25,733 nt of DNA, taken from IMG/VR virus record IMGVR_UViG_2606217117_000004; one strand, given 5' to 3'. The stretch comes from a virus. Its lineage: Duplodnaviria; Heunggongvirae; Uroviricota; Caudoviricetes. Made by a program: the position numbers and the translations under genes. Positions 23,814 through 25,733 of this stretch are shown here, piece after piece (within the stretch, counting starts at the first letter, position 1; the number at the start of each line of letters is the position of its first letter). The notes beneath the pieces were generated by a model, which was not told where the DNA came from, ran no database searches, and saw only the letters and a list, made by a program, of their open reading frames with translations.

Positions 23814-24008
23814 ATGTCAACGAAGAACAGAACCCGCAGAACAACAACCCGCAACATCCGCTTTCCTAACCAAATGATTGAACAAATTAACATCGCTCTT
23901 GAGCAAAAAGGGTCTGGGAATTTCTCAGCCTGGGTCATTGAAGCCTGCCGTCGGAGACTAACGTCAGAAAAGAGAGCATATACATCAATCCAAAGTGATG
24001 ATGGATGA
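23814..24008 (+). CDS. Small YlcI-like (DUF3950-type) protein, possible ribbon-helix-helix DNA binder
   Basis: 64-aa ORF MSTKNRTRRTTTRNIRFPNQMIEQINIALEQKGSGNF..., recalled as similar to small cos-proximal proteins of E. coli lambdoid prophages. Basic N-terminus followed by a strand-helix pattern. Confidence 0.55.
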   Translation: MSTKNRTRRTTTRNIRFPNQMIEQINIALEQKGSGNFSAWVIEACRRRLTSEKRAYTSIQSDDG

Positions 24009-24369
24009 ACATCCCGGTTTCTTCCACCATCGCACCGGAAAAGCGACTATGAGGGTAACCCTGCGTCTGTCAGCACAGTAAAACCCGGTGTGCATCGTTT
24101 TTGATTATTCCCGCACACTCACGCAGAAGGAATTCCCCGTCGGGCTACGGTCATGGTTAATGCGGGAATACGGCGACGATACAGCGCAGCTAAAAGGGTA
24201 ATGGACAGATAGAGCGGTTTATTTCATTCCACAGGATTCTGAGTGCCCCCCCCTCCTCCAATAGGCTGAGCATCCACCTATATAGTTTTAATTTTCATCA
24301 ATCCATTTAACTATCGTTTAATTGTTGTCACATAGGATTCTGCCGTTTTTAACAATGCAGGATAATAAG

Positions 24370-24663
24370 ATGAAAAAAATGTTGTTTTCTGCCGCTCTGG
24401 CAATGCTTATTACAGGATGTGCTCAACAGACGTTTACTGTTGGAAACAAACCGACAGCAGTAACACCAAAGGAAACCATCACCCATCATTTCTTCGTTTC
24501 GGGAATTGGACAGGAGAAAACTGTTGATGCAGCCAAAATTTGTGGCGGCGCAGAAAATGTTGTTAAAACAGAAACCCAGCAAACATTCGTAAATGGATTT
24601 CTCGGTTTTATTACTTTAGGCATTTATACTCCGCTGGAAGCGCGTGTGTATTGCTCACAATAA
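24370..24663 (+). CDS. bor: Bor lipoprotein (serum-resistance lysogenic-conversion protein)
   Basis: 97 aa, MKKMLFSAALAMLITGC AQQTFTV... with lipobox LITGC; lambda Bor-like. The ORF track start at 24322 is a non-ATG upstream extension. Confidence 0.9.
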   Translation: MKKMLFSAALAMLITGCAQQTFTVGNKPTAVTPKETITHHFFVSGIGQEKTVDAAKICGGAENVVKTETQQTFVNGFLGFITLGIYTPLEARVYCSQ

Positions 24664-24694
24664 TTGCATGAGTTGCCCATCGATATGGGCAGCT

Positions 24695-25156
24695 CTATCT
24701 GCACTGCTCATTAATATACTTCTGGGTTCCTTCCAGTTGTTTTTGCATAGTGATCAGCCTCTCTCTGAGGGTGAAATAATCCCGTTCAGCGGTGTCTGCC
24801 AGTCGGGGGGAGGCTGCATTATCCACGCCGGAGGCGGTGGTGGCTTCACGCACTGACTGACAGACTGCTTTGATGTGCAACCGACGACGACCAGCGGCAA
24901 CATCATCACGCAGAGCATCATTTTCAGCTTTCGCATCAGCTAACTCCTTCGTGTATTTTGCATCGAGCGCAGCAACATCACGCTGACGCATCTGCATGTC
25001 AGTAATTGCCGCGTTCGCCAGCTTCAGTTCTCTGGCATTTTTGTCGCGCTGGGCTTTGTAGGTAATGGCGTTATCACGGTAATGATTAACAGCCCATGAC
25101 AGGCAGACGATGATGCAGATAACCAGAGCGGAGATAATCGCGGTTACTCTGTTCAT
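24695..25156 (-). CDS. Rz: i-spanin Rz
   Basis: Start set at [17 protein letters not shown] (ATG 25156, overlapping the R stop as ATGA). N-terminal transmembrane segment followed by coiled-coil periplasmic domain. Confidence 0.85.
   Translation of the reverse strand: MNRVTAIISALVICIIVCLSWAVNHYRDNAITYKAQRDKNARELKLANAAITDMQMRQRDVAALDAKYTKELADAKAENDALRDDVAAGRRRLHIKAVCQSVREATTASGVDNAASPRLADTAERDYFTLRERLITMQKQLEGTQKYINEQCR
24754..24936 (-). CDS. Rz1: o-spanin Rz1 (embedded in Rz in the +1 frame)
   Basis: Lipobox LVVVGC followed by a proline-rich segment ([15 protein letters not shown]); lies entirely inside Rz. Exact start ambiguous. Confidence 0.7.
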   Translation of the reverse strand: MRKLKMMLCVMMLPLVVVGCTSKQSVSQCVKPPPPPAWIMQPPPDWQTPLNGIISPSERG

Positions 25157-25650
25157 TGCTGACCCCACAAACAGATTTCACGCTCAATCTCACGACGAGT
25201 CATGAGACCTTTCCATTGCTTACCGCCAGCATATGTCCAGCGACGTAGCTGATCACATGCGCCTTTGATATCGCCCTGGTTTATTTTGCGAAGAAGCGTC
25301 GATGTTCTGAAATTGCCAGCACCCACGTTGTAAACGAATGAGTAAAGAGCGCCGCGCATTGTTTCCGGTATATCGACTTTGATGTACGGGTTAATTTGTC
25401 TGGCGACAGTGGCAAGGTCTTTATTCAAGAGTGTTTTGCATTCTGCTTTGGTATACGTTTTACCGAGCATGATGTCTTTTCCTGTATGCCCGTGACATAC
25501 AGTCCATACACCAACAATATCTTTGTATGGTATGTAGCTGACACCTTCCAGACCATCGTTACCACTTGGGCCAGTGATTAACACTGATGCTATAGCAATT
25601 GCTCCGCCACCAATAGCAGCAGCAACGGCTTTTCGTAATGATGGAGGCAT
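25153..25650 (-). CDS. R: SAR endolysin (T4-lysozyme-type muramidase, phage 21 R-like)
   Basis: 165 aa. N-terminal Gly/Ala-rich signal-anchor-release segment ([20 protein letters not shown]). Catalytic E-x8-D-x5-T spacing in [18 protein letters not shown]. Not the lambda R transglycosylase. Confidence 0.88.
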   Translation of the reverse strand: MPPSLRKAVAAAIGGGAIAIASVLITGPSGNDGLEGVSYIPYKDIVGVWTVCHGHTGKDIMLGKTYTKAECKTLLNKDLATVARQINPYIKVDIPETMRGALYSFVYNVGAGNFRTSTLLRKINQGDIKGACDQLRRWTYAGGKQWKGLMTRREIEREICLWGQQ

Positions 25651-25733
25651 TATTCACCTCTCGCAGCCTTGCGCTTATCTTCTTTAATCTTGAAATAAAG
25701 GTTTGTCAGGTACGTCAGCAGGCCAAATACCAG
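25650..25733 (-). CDS. S: Holin (phage 21 pinholin-like), C-terminal 27 codons only
   Basis: Reverse complement of 25650..25733 translates to [27 protein letters not shown]; the stop overlaps the R start (TAATG). Continues beyond the right edge. Confidence 0.7.
   Translation of the reverse strand: MVFGLLTYLTNLYFKIKEDKRKAARGE

Overview
This window is the late (lysis plus morphogenesis) half of a lambda-like siphovirus prophage of Enterobacteriaceae, lying in reverse orientation so that almost every gene is on the minus strand. Calls rest on reading the supplied ORF translations and on recalled phage lambda / phage 21 protein and cos sequences; no database search or alignment was run. From right to left: a phage-21-type lysis cassette (pinholin C-terminus, SAR endolysin, Rz/Rz1), bor and a small YlcI-like ORF on the plus strand, an intact cos site, then a gapless, apparently full-length set of lambda-type head and tail genes (nu1, A, W, B, C/nu3, D, E, FI, FII, Z, U, V, G/G-T, H, M, L, K, I, J). 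Left of J the lambda arrangement (lom, stf, tfa) is replaced by an AT-richer distal-fibre cassette: a terminator, a side-tail-fibre gene with tandem repeats and a lectin-like C-terminus, a coupled 89-aa ORF, and a second fibre gene ending in an intramolecular-chaperone domain. That last gene is interrupted at its 3' end by an IS66-family element that runs off the left edge. I found no CRISPR array, tRNA or rRNA, and no convincing defence or toxin system; the most unusual content is the non-lambda fibre cassette with its IS disruption and a 360-bp ORF-free region upstream of bor.
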